DNA of 64,000 nucleotides from Saccostrea echinata (GCF_033153115.1 NW_026889779.1:32054001-32118000), one strand, 5' to 3'. Counted from the first letter of the stretch, positions 1 through 13,621 are shown. Numbers and translations are program-made. The notes: generated from the letters alone by a model not told the origin.

Positions 1-816
1 ATTAATTTTAATTTTTGCAATAGACATGCAGGAAACTAATATGCCGATAAAATATATATAAAAATATACAGTCTGGAACAAACAAGAATACAGAATAAAC
101 AAAATTGCAGATGAAAAATATGAGGGACATAAACGCAAGTTTACTATCCACACACCACAGGCTTTTTCTCTTCAATTTCTTGCCCCCTTGCAGAGTCATA
201 TGTGGTCTTTTTTCGACTTGAATTTAAAGACAAAGAAATGTTGGGCGACCACATCGAATTAATGCTTTAAATCACCTGAAACAGGAAATGTCCAGAATGA
301 ACACTGAATTATTTGTACTTAAGAAAAGTTTCATCTTTTGGTATCGAATAGTAAGCAAACAAAATCTTACATATTACACATTGAATAAGTAGAAAAATGG
401 AATTTGGTTATCTCTGTGTCAAAAGTGGATCTCTCTCCCTCTTTCTCATCAATATTTATTCTTTTTTATATGCAAGAATACCACCACGATATGGACTGTG
501 TTTCTATTGCGAAAACACTGACTTCAATTATTACAGTTTCTTATCAGAATGCACTTCAAATTACACAATGTGCCACGATTCCTTCAACTCAAGTAAGTTT
601 AAAATGTGCATCTGATTATGACGACTCGAATATTTCTCGTTTTTTAATGAAAAACGTATACTTATTATTCCATTTCGTCCCAACAAAATTGTGAATTTTA
701 TTCTCATCGATAATTGACCTTTCGTTTCGTATTTTGTAGAGTTTTATATGTGAGAACTTAGTAGTTCAAAGAAGAACAATACGAATCCTGTTTAGTCTAA
801 CTGGAGCAGTGCAAAA

Positions 817-2766
817 ATGAAAAATAGATATATATCTAAAGGAAAAACTATAATGATCATTTTTTTCGTGTGTTTTGTTTTTATTTCTTTCTCTTTCCCG
901 TTTTTGTCAAATTGGCTTTTGACTTCTTCAAGCGCTGCACCCTCATTCATAAATAAAATAGACACCGTGGTAAAAACGCTGCCCTATCTTGTGGATACAC
1001 CAACTTGTAGAATCCCAAACTTAGATCCTATGGATATCAGTGTAAAGCATTGGCTCCCAAAGCCAACAAAAGTAGTATGTCCGAGAGACATGTCGTATAC
1101 TTTTGGATCCCATGGAAATGTATTCGTCAATTGGACGGTTGTGAATATTTCACTCAAAACAGACGGAGGGAACTTATCTTATTGCACTTATCAGACTATA
1201 AACCACACAGAGGGAGCAAAACATAACGAATTCACGTATTCCAAGGAGAGCGAGAGGTTCAGGGATTTCATAAAGGTGGATGGTGAATTTGTCCGTGTTC
1301 GATGTTATAACTCATCAAACAGCATCATCTACACAAACTTTCATTATTTCTTTCTCCCTCATAACAACACAGAATCAAGAATTTCATGTGAAAATAACAA
1401 AGTCAAGAATTTGAAACCCAATGTCTTGATGGTCGGTATTGACTCTTTGTCGAGGATAAACTACATACGATACTTGAAGAAATCTCGTCAAATGATGTTG
1501 TCAATGGGAGCCGTGGAATTTGTTGGATACAACAAAGTCGCAGATAACACATTTGTTAACTTGGTTCCTGTTTTAGCAGGGAAATTTGCAGAAGAGCTAC
1601 CATGGAATGAAAATATTCGCCACCAGATGTTTGATTCTTTTAGGTTTATTTGGGATGATTTTAAAGAAAAAGGTTTTGTCACCTTCTTTGTAGAAGACTC
1701 GCCTAACACCGCCATTTTTGATAACGCTAAGGCTGGCTTCAAGAAAAATCCTACAGATTACTACAATCGACCAATGGCAGTCGCTATGGAGGGTGTTGGG
1801 GAGATATGGTTTGAGGATCATAACTGTGTTTTGGATAAACTAGAAACTGATATACTACTGGAGTACGTCTCTGATTTCGTCCATGGGGTGAGGCATTGTC
1901 CATATTTTGGTCTCGTTTATCTCTCTCGAATGACCCATGATTACATACAGGGAGCAGGAGCAATTGATGATCCATTGCACAATTTCTTCAAAGAGCTCTA
2001 TAAAACTGGTTTTCTGAAAAATACTATTGTTATTTTATTTAGTGACCATGGGATGAGATATGGGGAAATTAGAAACACATACATTGGGAAACTGGAAGAA
2101 CGCTTGCCTCTATTGAATGTAATGATACCTAAAACCTTTTCAAAGGATCACCCCGAATATCTGACAAACGTGATGTTAAACAGTAGAAGACTTACTACAC
2201 CGTTTGATTTGCACGAATTTCTCAGACACATACTGCTTTTAGATGAATACAGACAGTCATCAGAGAAGGGGTTTAGTCTATTTGCTGAAATACCTTCTAA
2301 CAGAACATGTAAGAGTGCTAATATTTCAGCACACTGGTGCACTTGTAGTGAAATGTTTTCGGTCCAAGTTAACACCCCTGTTGTTCAGAAGATTTCTAAA
2401 TACTTTGTTGAATTACTGAATTCTAAATTCCATAATACGAGTGTCAGTTGTGCAAATTTATCTCTTGAAGAAACTATGTTTTCGTATCAGATAAAACCAC
2501 AAGACAATGTATTAAGATTTGAAGGCATCGAAAACGAAGTTCTTAACAGAAAGATACTGTACGGATATCCGGTGAACGCAATTGTTGACTATCAAGTTAC
2601 CATTCGAACACAACCAGGAGAAGGAGTGTTCGAGGGGACATTCAGATATGATGAGGAATACAGTAGATTAAACCTAGTAGGAGATATTAGCAGACTCAAT
2701 AAATATAGTGACTCGTCATATTGTGTACAAGGAACTGAAGCTGAGAAGTTCTGCTACTGCAGATGA
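817..2766 (+). CDS. DUF229-family protein (alkaline phosphatase/sulfatase superfamily), probable type II membrane protein, single coding exon, 649 aa
   Basis: Uninterrupted ORF with N-terminal hydrophobic anchor (IMIIFFVCFVFISFSFPFL). DUF229 motifs NVLMVGIDSLSR, GYNKVADNTFVNL, RMTHD, FSDHGMR, LEERLP, LTTPFDLH and C-terminal SRLNKY..C...FCYC. AATAAA at ~2945 and ~2953. Confidence 0.9.
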   Translation: MKNRYISKGKTIMIIFFVCFVFISFSFPFLSNWLLTSSSAAPSFINKIDTVVKTLPYLVDTPTCRIPNLDPMDISVKHWLPKPTKVVCPRDMSYTFGSHGNVFVNWTVVNISLKTDGGNLSYCTYQTINHTEGAKHNEFTYSKESERFRDFIKVDGEFVRVRCYNSSNSIIYTNFHYFFLPHNNTESRISCENNKVKNLKPNVLMVGIDSLSRINYIRYLKKSRQMMLSMGAVEFVGYNKVADNTFVNLVPVLAGKFAEELPWNENIRHQMFDSFRFIWDDFKEKGFVTFFVEDSPNTAIFDNAKAGFKKNPTDYYNRPMAVAMEGVGEIWFEDHNCVLDKLETDILLEYVSDFVHGVRHCPYFGLVYLSRMTHDYIQGAGAIDDPLHNFFKELYKTGFLKNTIVILFSDHGMRYGEIRNTYIGKLEERLPLLNVMIPKTFSKDHPEYLTNVMLNSRRLTTPFDLHEFLRHILLLDEYRQSSEKGFSLFAEIPSNRTCKSANISAHWCTCSEMFSVQVNTPVVQKISKYFVELLNSKFHNTSVSCANLSLEETMFSYQIKPQDNVLRFEGIENEVLNRKILYGYPVNAIVDYQVTIRTQPGEGVFEGTFRYDEEYSRLNLVGDISRLNKYSDSSYCVQGTEAEKFCYCR

Positions 2767-4580
2767 AAGACCGTTTCGTGAACGAGCTGTGTAAGCAAAC
2801 TAGATGAGTGCTATTTAAAGTGCTAGATTTCCAGACTGAAAAAACCCCAAGAAAACCAAAGAAAGCAATTTTTCAACAGTGATGTGGTTCGAGCGGAATT
2901 TTACATACTTATAAATATTTTCAGAAAGAATTTGCTTTGCTGGGAATAAATGAATAAAAAAATTATTGATTATTAATATTGAATTTGACTTTGGTTATAA
3001 TAATCTTTATCAGGTCCTACATAATCATGTCCAATACATCTTATTACTTCATCCAACAACATCAACAGTTCTAAAGCAACAGAGTATAGTATTATTGATA
3101 ATTGATATTGAATTTGACTTTATTTGAAATAATCTTTGATTAATTAAAAAAGGTAGAAATGTGTTTCAATAATTCTTTCTTTTGAAACATGCTAATCGTA
3201 CAAAATATGAATAAGTTTTTCCATTTACATATATAACTGCTACGATGTTCCTTCATGTCCATTCAAAATCAAAAAAATCAATTAGTGGGTTCTTCTACAG
3301 AAAGTGTTATGCAAATACCAAGAAAAAACAAAAATGTAGCTATCATTTTTTTAAAAAAACTTTAATGAAATGTGAATGAAAAAAGCTCTGTTTTACTTAA
3401 TCATTAATTAAGAAACAACTAGGGCGTCATACACAGTGTTTCCACAGGAGTGCCTCAGTATAACGATGATCTGTAGTTCCGTCAGAAAAAAAATCTTATA
3501 GAAATAGCATTCTTCTCCCATTATGCTTAATCAAAGATGTTTCTTTTGCACATTCATAATAAAGGAAGGTTTGAGCTTTCAAAAATTTCTATTAAACTAT
3601 TTTTTTTCATTTGAATACCTTAAGTAACTCATAAACTAACTAATTAGCCAATAAAACACAAGTCTTTGCATTCTTGTTTTAATACAACCTGTCTCAGAAT
3701 ACATATATACATCTCAAAATTCAACAGCCAAAATTTAAATAGAGAAATATGATCTCATATTTTTTTTATATATGGAAAAATATCCCATTTAGATTAAAAC
3801 TTATGAAAATCAAAAATATTCACTTGCTAAGAGAATTTTTGAATACTTTGAAAACACTGAAAAACATTAACAAATTGACGTTGAATCTGCCAACGTCCTT
3901 TTAAAAAAAATTACAAAATAAGTATATCTTAATTTTGAATAATTCTCAAAATTTACATGGTATTTTTTCTTTAAAATTAATTAGAATGATATCTAAGGTT
4001 AACAAATAAAAAACAACAACATATTTTATCATAGCATAAATTTTACAAAACAGTCTTTTGAACATGTACATACTCCAGTTTTGGGGGTGTCAAGTTTTAG
4101 AGTATTTCCTCGTAAAATGTGCTATGGATTCTATAATGGTCTATTATCTTTAAAGGAAAATATCATAACACAGGCAAAATACAACAAAAAGAGTTCAATG
4201 TGAGTTATCGCTCTTTTCCCTAAGAGCAGCACATACTAATAAAACAATAAAAAAATGTACAATTCACACTTATTTAGCACATGTAGTATTTCTATACATT
4301 TTAGTCAATTGAAAATTAAGTAACACTTCCTCTTCCTTTTATTTTCTACAGTCGAAATTTTCACTAATAATTGAAAAAAAATTACATGGAATTTTTATGT
4401 TTTTAATTTCTTTTATCAATGTTGACAAAAAACAGATTAACTGACTTCATTACTTGTATTGATTTTTACATAAAATAAAACTTTTGAAAACATTAAAATC
4501 ATTAAGTTAGATATGGAATTATTTTTTTCTACAATTAAATATTTTTATTATATTTTAGTTTTATCGATATAGTCCCTTCT

Positions 4581-6996
4581 CTATCCCACATACACACGAT
4601 GTACTGCTTTAATGTAATGATAGCAGTAAGGACACTGCTCTGTTTCTTGTTCACATTCTACACAACAACCATGGCGACACGGCAGGAACATCACACAAAC
4701 TACACGATCACAACACATGCAGCATACACAACTGTCTGTAATATGTATATAATGCAAAATATACATTAACATTTTAAGATTAGCTAATTTTTATGTGTCA
4801 TCAACTGTAAGACATTTAAGCCTATGAAAAAGGCAATGTGTTTGATTTTAGTATGATTAAAATGAAAGGAGAAAGTGTAATGAATAGTCATGATTTTCTT
4901 TTTATGTAGCTTTGACATTAGATGTTTTTAAACAAACTATTTTCTTTAAATTCACATTTTTACAATAGCTCTCACAACAAAAAGTAACTTTTACAAAACT
5001 TACCTCCACTAAAAGATTCTTCCTCATCCTGATCATTGTCAAAAAAGAAGCAGAGTATATCTGTGGATGTAAGCTCTCGAATGTCTGAAGAAAAAAGAAC
5101 CCCAGAAAGATTTGAAATGCCTCTTGTGATATCAACGAAAAAATAAACAAAATAGGATGAGAGGAAGTAAAATTTTAGCAAATGTGATTGACAATACATT
5201 AATTAGATCTGTAAATAGTACTGACACGTTTCTTACCAAGTGTGTGCGATAAAGTGTTATATGCACGTAGAATGTCGTCAATGTTAAAACAAAGGTCTAA
5301 CACTTCTTTAAGAGAATCAAGATGTTTTATCTGATCCAATGTTATGGTTTCTCTTGTTCTTGGTTGATTTTCTAATGCCTGAAATATATTTACAAGGAAG
5401 AAAAAAAATTCCGACAATGAAATTTATTCACAAAACCTACAGAAAAATGTATTACTATAGTATATTGCACGATGTATAACTATAATGTTAAAGCTCAGCC
5501 ATCTACGTTTTTAAAACATATTTTAATCTTCTCTTCTTTAAATATTAGGGTTTTCGTCTTACCAGGTCTTGTTGTCTTTGACGACATTGCTGGATAAATT
5601 TACAATCTGGAGAATGCCTGGCATGCTCTTCCAATGGTATATCACTTGACTCCCATTTGTACAAGCCTATATTACAATAGGGGCATCGTACACAATCATT
5701 ACGTCCTGTGTAATAAAAACCAGCGTCCACCATATCCATTGGGCATTGTCTTAAGTGACTTGGCCAGTTGTGAAACGTTGCCATCCTCTCTGTATATGTT
5801 TGTGGTATTTCTTGTGTATTCCTCACAGATCTGCTCATCGGAGCACAATTCTGTCCTAGAATATCTTGGTTTGGTCTTCTTAGTATTCCAAAATCTGACA
5901 GAGTATTAGACTGTGTCATAGGAAGAGATAAGTTTGAAGGACCAAATGAATCAGATATATCAAGACTCTGTCCATCATCAAAACCACTTAATTCAGCTGA
6001 ATTAAGACTTCTTCGATGTAGCCCAAGTTGACAAGTGTTATTTGCATAATCTTCAGATTCCGTCTCTCTAAGATTTGACTCTTGTGTAGATGTAGAAATA
6101 TTGGAATAATGTTTAGCCTCAGGTGCACTATTTTTCAATTCGTTCTGATATTTATTCTCCTTCTGTTCAGGCTTATTTCTCGAGTTTTGTATTGGTAGCT
6201 TTTCTTTCTCAGAGTTATTTGCTTTCTGTTGCTTTATTGATGGATGCAGAACCCGGCTTGTTTCCCGAGATATCTGGTTATTGTCTTCCCTTAGAGGAGA
6301 TATGTCAGTGCTTTCATTTATGAAAATGTCACCACCAATCATTTCCCGTGTGGATTGGTTTGAGGTAACATTGTTATTTTCTGATGATAAAAATCTGGAG
6401 TTTGTCTCTTCACAAATTCGTAAATGCTGGAAAATACTAGAATTGCTCGTTGGAGTAGTGCTATCTCTGAAATGAGGCTGAGGAGTGGAATTAAGATTTA
6501 GACAGTCTGATATTTGTATTCTGAGCCACTGGAAAAGTTCGGGATTGTTTTGATGAGAACTATTTTCTGGAGGTACATGTAGTTCACAATAATTAACACC
6601 TAATCCTTCCCAGAGACGATCAAACGAATGAGTACTTGCTGAAAAAAAGCAATTTCTGTCATCGGAGGTAGGAGTTTGACTAAATTGTGTAAATAAACCA
6701 TTATCACTAGAAAAATGTCCTTCGAGTTCCTGATTTATTGGTTCATTCGATTCTCTTCTGGAGATTTCTTCACAATGAGATGGAAAGTATTCTTGCGTCC
6801 AGTTACTTTGTTCAGAGCCACAAAAAATACAACGACAGAGACACTCTGTACCTGTGTAGTAAAATCCCGACCGGGCAAGGCGAATGGTACTCACAGAATT
6901 GTAACCAGGAAAAGTAGCAAAGCTTAAAACTCTTCTCCACTCATTTCGCATACAACTTTGATCCTCTTCAAAGTTTTCAATATTATTGTCGGCCAT
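4581..6996 (-). CDS. Inhibitor of apoptosis (IAP/BIRC-like) protein 1: truncated BIR, long linker, canonical BIR, UBA-like, RING; ~603 aa
   Basis: Manual GT-AG exons 6996-5563, 5378-5237, 5084-5004, 4735-4581 (phases 0,1,1) keep one frame. Canonical BIR (AGFYYTG..VRCPYC-x16-H-x6-C), UBA-like helix (LKEVLDLCFNIDDI) and C-terminal RING (CCMCC..FLPCRH..CVEC..CPYC..VYVG). Confidence 0.88.
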
Positions 6997-8061
6997 CTTA
7001 AAGGATTGGCCGCTTCTGTTGTTATAATTTAAGCCGTCTACTTTACAACCATGACAACTGATAGCACAATACTGTTATTTTAACACGGTTCAAAAAGAAA
7101 TTTACTTGTATCTACAAGGGTTAAACTTCTAAAGACGGATATCACACAGTTTTGTTTTCTTTAATTTTTCTTCTTCTCTTCTTACCGATCACTTCATTGT
7201 TTATTTACAACTCCTATACACTTATATACACAAGAAGAAGTAGTTTCATTACAAACAAGGGACATCATTTATCGGTTTAATTCATATAAATGCACGATGG
7301 ATTTAAGTAAATTGGTTGAATAAAACTTTTTAAACTTTCTGATTTGTTTGAACAGCAATATTCCGTTCAATTTTTGTTTTCATTTAAAATAGTTCTTTGC
7401 GTATTGATATCAGGTACATTTAATTGTCAGCTGACCTATCTTTATTTTGTATATTCAGTGTATAGTGATGCGTTTGTACCATAAATCACCTGGAAAAAGA
7501 CTAATCTGAACCCCACAACTATTCTTTTGTACATTCATTCTACACTTTGTTCCTATACATATTCACCTCGTGCTTGTCAATTCCTTCTGAAATTATTTTT
7601 ATTTTGGGTTTCCTTGAAGAAGAGGCCTGTTAAAAAATTTTATGGTAAAGATGTGCTTAGATTTTTCTGCAATTTGATGAATGAATTCGTCTGATGAAGC
7701 TTAATAACTTTAATTTGGTCATGTAAGTTGTATCAGGGCATACTTTTGATTACATGCAATAAAAAAAAATCATGTATCTAACTGTCATTTCTAATGCAAA
7801 ATAAAAAATCCAATTGAAAATATGGGATTTTACCCCTTTTTTCAACAAATAAAATATATCCAGTTTGCTTACTAGCTCTCAGAGAACAGTGATTAATTGA
7901 CCTCTTTAAAATATTGTTTAACTGAATATGGATATCTAATAAATCACTTAAACATCAAATGTCAGGAAATAGTTTCATTTTGTACACAGTTTAATTATTT
8001 CATTTAAGAGTGGGGAGAAAATGCATTTAAAATTATTATAATTCAATTAATTCATCTTTAT

Positions 8062-8063
<2 letters not shown>

Positions 8064-8105
<42 letters not shown>
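8064..8105. repeat. poly(T) tract
   Basis: ~42 consecutive T. Confidence 0.9.
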
Positions 8106-8715
8106 CACATGCGGTGTCTAAATGTCGTGTTAGTTTTGGGATGCACGATTACAACATTTTATGAAAAGTAACTTTATTTTCTTATGTGATATGAACATTA
8201 CATATTATTTAGAGTTTTTGACATTTTTGTACTGTGAATAAAATATGTGGGTTGTATTACAAAGACTCTTTTTAAATATTTATATCCGATTTTCATATTG
8301 TTTATATATAAACAGTTAAGATTTTTTTCATCTTTAGTATGAATGAAAAAGTTGTTTATTACAATTAAATATGCGTAAATAATAGTAAAATAATCATTGA
8401 GTTCAAGCTATAAAAGTTATTGTGTTTCTTCTTTTATTTTTTTACATTCTTTTGTCAAATCAAATTGTATTTAAAAAAAACATAAAGTAAGTGATATTTC
8501 TGATGATGATGTAAAACTTTGACTTGTTTTACGAGAACTGCGTACTATAGTACGTCAATATAACAACTGATTTGAATTTAAAAAAAAATTACCTGTACTA
8601 GTAAGACGCTTGTAACAATTCCTCTGAATAAAATGAAACTGTAAGATTATTTCTGTTGCAGTAAAATTTTGGGTTTGTTTAAAAAACTTTTTCAAAAATT
8701 GCATCATTTACAAGT

Positions 8716-9170
8716 TGAAAGAGAGCAGCCGGAGTCAATGTTATGGTAGAATGAGAAATTGATTTAATAAAGTTTTAAATGAGCTGATTAAATCATCAAT
8801 CTTTAAGGACTGCGGTTTTTATTTGATTGGTGGTATGCTCCGTTCAGGGTCATTTGGTGCAAACATATAAACCCTACGGTGATCTCGTAACTGTTTACAA
8901 CTCATTCATGAAAAGAAACTGTGTGATGAAAATGTGTGGATTTATGTTTGTTCATAATGTTACGGAAATATATTTTGAATATTTATCGGGCTTCGAGATT
9001 AATGCCATAAATCCAGAATTATACGAAAAAAGGAAATTCAACAATTCAAATTTGTATCATTTTTGTATTATTGAATTAAATTATAATGTTTTTAAACACG
9101 AATGCTTCGCGATACTATTGAAGCTGCATATGATTTTTATAGTGATGGTCATTTTACGCAGAGATTAAAA
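8716..9170 (+). repeat. Diverged direct duplicate of the region upstream of IAP gene 2 (16523-17160)
   Basis: Collinear shared blocks TGAAAGAGAGCAGCYGGAGTCARTGTTA, AGCTGATTAAAT, ATATTTATCGGGCT(T)CGAGATTAAT, TTTTATAGTGATGG. Confidence 0.7.
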
Positions 9171-9430
9171 AACATCTCTGTTCTTGTCTCTGCGTCATAT
9201 AATAGTGTGAATTCTGTTTTTCTAGTTGGAATTTTAACTAGACATTTTTAGTTCTTTTCGAAAATAACACAAGTGTTTGTTTAAATGAATTTTTAAACAA
9301 TAACAATTTACACCAATATGACAAGCTGATTTTTCCTCCTTTCTCATCTTCTCTCTCTTCTTGTATACTCCTTATATACTTCTCTGACATCTAACAACGT
9401 CTACCCTCCCTGGTACGGCATAAGACTCCA

Positions 9431-9557
9431 ATGAAATATGAAGATAAAATAAGGAACAGTATTCAATCTCGAAAGTCAAATGAAACAATACAAATTTGGA
9501 GCAGGGCAAACATGGACCTCAAAATTTAGAGGTGGGATCAGGTGCAATAGAGGAGTT
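9431..9557 (-). mobile_element. Short interspersed repeat (3' tail of Penelope/Naiad-like element)
   Basis: Reverse complement of the family core GCACCTGATCCCACCTCT and of the ...ACTGTTC...TCTTCATATTTCAT end. Confidence 0.65.
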
Positions 9558-11407
9558 TTCATTGTATTGGGGCCTGCTGCAGCATCGTGAAGTGTCAAGA
9601 AACCCAATACTATTAAGACATTTCTTAAGCTCCATTAATATAAAACAATAATGATTAGTTAAGGACGTTGTTTTAGATTAACTCCCCTTGATGAAGTTAA
9701 AAGAAGCTTTTGCTATATTTCGGATGTTTTCGTCGGTGTCACACAGCTTAAGGAGCAGGGCCTTTTTCTTTTTATATCAAGAAAAGCCCATCTAAACCTT
9801 TGGCTCAGGCGAGTACTTCAACATGTCACATGCCATAATCTAAATTTGTAAATTCTAAATGAATAATTTTAGTCATAACCTTTTAGCTATGGGTACCTAG
9901 GATTCATTCAAGACCATTTCTGTTGCCTTCTCAGGAGAAATATTAATTGAACTACCGGTATTATTAAAAAAGTATTTGAGGATAATTTGTACATATTATA
10001 ATAACTATTACAATACATTTAGATATGTGAAATGATTCAAATGAGCATATTACTTTTGTATCATTTATGTGCTATATATAAAATTTAAGGATAACTTACA
10101 AAAATATATTTGTTATAATATTTCTGATACATGAAAATAACAAGGGGGTAATATTTAGAGGATCATAATTTTCAAAGAACATAGTTAAATTATTTCACGG
10201 TAAAAAAAATCAGTATACCAATTTATCACCTAATCTTAGATAAATGAAAACAAAAATCTCAAATAAACAAATACCCTTGATAGATTATGTCATATGAATT
10301 AAACTTGATCAAATACTATAGTATGCACAATGTCAAATCTTAAAATTGCCTTGATACCATACGTACTGTGTATCAATTTGCTTAACGAGTTCGTATCGGT
10401 TTAAAAAGGTGGAATATTAAAAAAAATCATTCAGGTAAGAAACCCTTTTTGTCATCTTGAATGAATTTCTCTTATCACTACACCATACATAACTATTTAC
10501 ACTTCAAGTGTGGTTAAAGGGCTTAAAAACATCAAACTATTAACTTGCGTAATCACCTTGTTATCATAAAAACATAGAGTATTGTGTTTCCTTTTTACTG
10601 TAAAGTGTGAATGGGTCGGTCAAGATGCATTGAAATAGTGCATACATCTCAACATTTAAGATTTAAAAAGTCTGCACTTTTCCCTCCGTATACATTTCAT
10701 TGAACTGAAATATGACGATTTGTTATAATAATAACCCAGACCTCAAAGTTCCATGCTTTGAATTATTAATGAATTTGCACTTTGTGCTCTATATGACATG
10801 CCTTTCATATGTATACGATATATCGATTATGCCTTTTGGAAAATAATATTTTTCCCATAGTACTTGAAAGTAAACAAAATTTCTCATAAAACATTGAATT
10901 TGTTTCTTTGAATTTAAATTGGGACTTTTGATTTAAGCGCTATTGTTGAACACTAGTGCATTCAAGCCATCATTTTAGCTAAAGCATATGCCTATGAACA
11001 ATTCGAAGTGAATGTGACAATTGCACTTTTTGCAAGGTATAAAACATTTCAGAAAATTTCATCTTGTATGGAAACTGTATTAAAACTACGAATAGGATAA
11101 AGACACTCAGAATTAATAAGTTAAGGCAATGGTAAATGATACCTTAACATATAATGTAAATGATATATGTTTCTTATTTATAAACAAAATAAACTTAAAA
11201 TGCAGGAGCAAGTCATTCACTTTGTTTACGAGAAAGACTTTTTATTATAGGTGTAACGAGTATGGAGCTCAATACTATTCTGGACTTTGTACTAGTGGGT
11301 GGCAGAGAGATCACACATTGCTTCTATTCGCCGGAATCCAACTCTACAAACATACATATCAACCTTCCATAGAAAGAGAACTGTGTCTAGGATAAGTTGG
11401 TGACAGC

Positions 11408-11485
11408 AGGGACCTCTGGAAACATCAGAGGTGGGATCAGGTGCCAAGGAGGATTGAGGATCCCCTGTCGATCAGTTACACCCAG
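11408..11485 (-). mobile_element. Short interspersed repeat (Penelope/Naiad-like tail), partial
   Basis: AGAGGTGGGATCAGGTGCCAAGGAGG..ATCCCCTGTCGA. Confidence 0.65.
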
Positions 11486-13224
11486 TGTTAATCACCTGTT
11501 TTATCAGGTACGTCGAGTAATGTGTAGTTAATACAGAATAAAAACAAAACAATGGCCTTTCGACTTATTCTGGCTTTAATTCATTAAAAGTAAGATAAGG
11601 ATTATCAAAAAAGATCAAAACATATTGCAGGTGTAAAAGAGATAGCATCCCGTGTAATTCGAATGTTACTGCTTCAAGACTGCATCATAGTGTGAATCAT
11701 TCTACTGATATACCCTACGGATATACTTTTTGTTTTTGATATTAAGTTTTCAAATCTATGTGAAGGATTAAGTCCGAAAAGTGTCCATTCTGTGAGAGAA
11801 AGGACTGTTCGAGATCGGAAGGGCCGAGAATAGTTTTTTCTCTCATAGAATGGACAGTTTGAGGATTTTTTCCTACTTAAAACATTTTCTCTATTGTTAA
11901 CTTAATAAACTGTCCCAGACGATGGTTATCTGTTTGCAAAAATTATGTAACACAATAAATTGTCCAAAGAGTGAGTGTCATTTAAAAATACACCAACAAA
12001 AGGGGTGAAAATAAAGGTGTTTTGTTAAACTTAATGGACAGCGCCAGATAAATTTAGATTTAAATGATAGCTAGCTTGATTTCTGATTACTTTTCATGCA
12101 AAGCTTTATGAATGAAGATGTTCTCATCGGATGGAGAAAGTATATTTCTAACTCAATCAAAATACAGAGATCCTGAGGAAAGCGTCAATACAGATGGTTT
12201 TTGAGTGACATACTAGATATGGAAAAAGAAAATAGTAAACCACAGCCACGATTTGACTTAAAACTGGATTTGTTTTTTGATGTTTCCGAGGATGAATTAG
12301 TGGAAGCAAGCCAAGGTGTTGAGAATATAGAGAGAGTTCTAAAACCTCTTAAGCAAGCAGAGTGAGGAAGGGTCTCTCAAAGAAAACAGAGCAGAAGACA
12401 AAATGGGCTATTAATCTATTCAAAAAATGGCAAGAAGATAGGAAAAACAAAGTAACAGGAACAGAGACTTTCATATCAAGGAAAAATATATAGGAAATGT
12501 CACATGAGGAATTGAACAAAACCATGGGCTACTTTATCGCGGAAGTAAGAAATCAGAAAGGTGAAGATTTTATGCCCAGTAATATTTATGAACTTGTGTG
12601 TTCCATTTAACAGCACATGAGACAAACGGGAAGATTTGTGAGTTGTTTTGTTTTTTTTATGATGAAACATTCTATGGATTTAAAAAAAGTTCTTGATTCC
12701 AAAATGAAGGAATTGTCGGGTCATGGTCTAGGAATCGATAGGAAGAGAGCAGGAGTCATCTCGGAGGAACAAGAAGAAGTTATATGGAGAATGAATATTC
12801 TTGGAACTGACACTCCGCAGAAACTATTAGATACTTTGCTATTCGTGCTTGGATTGAATCTTGCACTGAGAGCGGGTCAAGAGCACCGTAACCTGCATGT
12901 GGGGAAATAAGTCAAATTTCGATCATCAAAGAATCTGGTGGCCTTAGATATCTTGAGTGTATATAAAGAGGATGTATCTAAAACTTATAGGGGTGACAAC
13001 AAAACAGAAATGTGAAACCTAAAGTAACACGTGCTTACGAGAACCATCGACCCGCGAGTACCCGAGAGATGTCCTGTTCTTATATTTGAGAAATACCTGA
13101 GTTGAAATAAGTATGAGTTTTTGTAAATTAAGAAATTTAATGAAACATATACCATTTTATTTCAAAATTTATGTTTGAGTCAATTAATCATTGAGTCAAA
13201 TGCTGACTGACGTTTTTCATACTA

Positions 13225-13455
13225 ATTGTTAGGCCATTATTTACACACTGAATTGTCAACGGATTTTTCCGTTAATTCCCGATCATGACAAGGAGCACAC
13301 GGCGGTTGTGACCGGTCGGCAGGGGATGCTCACTCCTCCATGGCACCTGATCCCACCTCTGATGTTTTGGAGGTCTGTGTTTGCTCTTCTCCTATTTTGT
13401 ATTGTTTAATGGACTTTTGAGCTTGAATACTGTTCGTTATCTCCATATATTTCAT
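13225..13455 (+). mobile_element. Penelope/Naiad-like 3' tail repeat inserted in the Crypton
   Basis: One of the longest copies: CACACGGCGGTTGTGACCGGTCGGCAGGGGATGCTCACTCCTCCATGGCACCTGATCCCACCTCTG...ACTGTTCGTTATCTCC. Confidence 0.7.
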
Positions 13456-13621
13456 GATAGTATAAGCTGAATCGCATTCCCTTTCAGCCCGAGGGATGGT
13501 AAATGCGACGCTTTGAATCTACGACCTCTGAAGTACGCACAAGCCGAAACCTGGTATGCAGATTCTCCAGTCGGCGTTCATGTTTTGACGAAAACTATTG
13601 CAAATCTTTGTGAAAGAGCAG

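Noticed and set aside
1488-2375. Antisense ORFs over the DUF229 gene (and similar ones over the IAPs and ATAD3)
   Set aside because: Shadow ORFs of real coding sequence with no independent support
8827-9168. 113-aa ORF
   Set aside because: Non-ATG start, and it lies in the non-coding duplicate whose paralogous copy has no matching ORF
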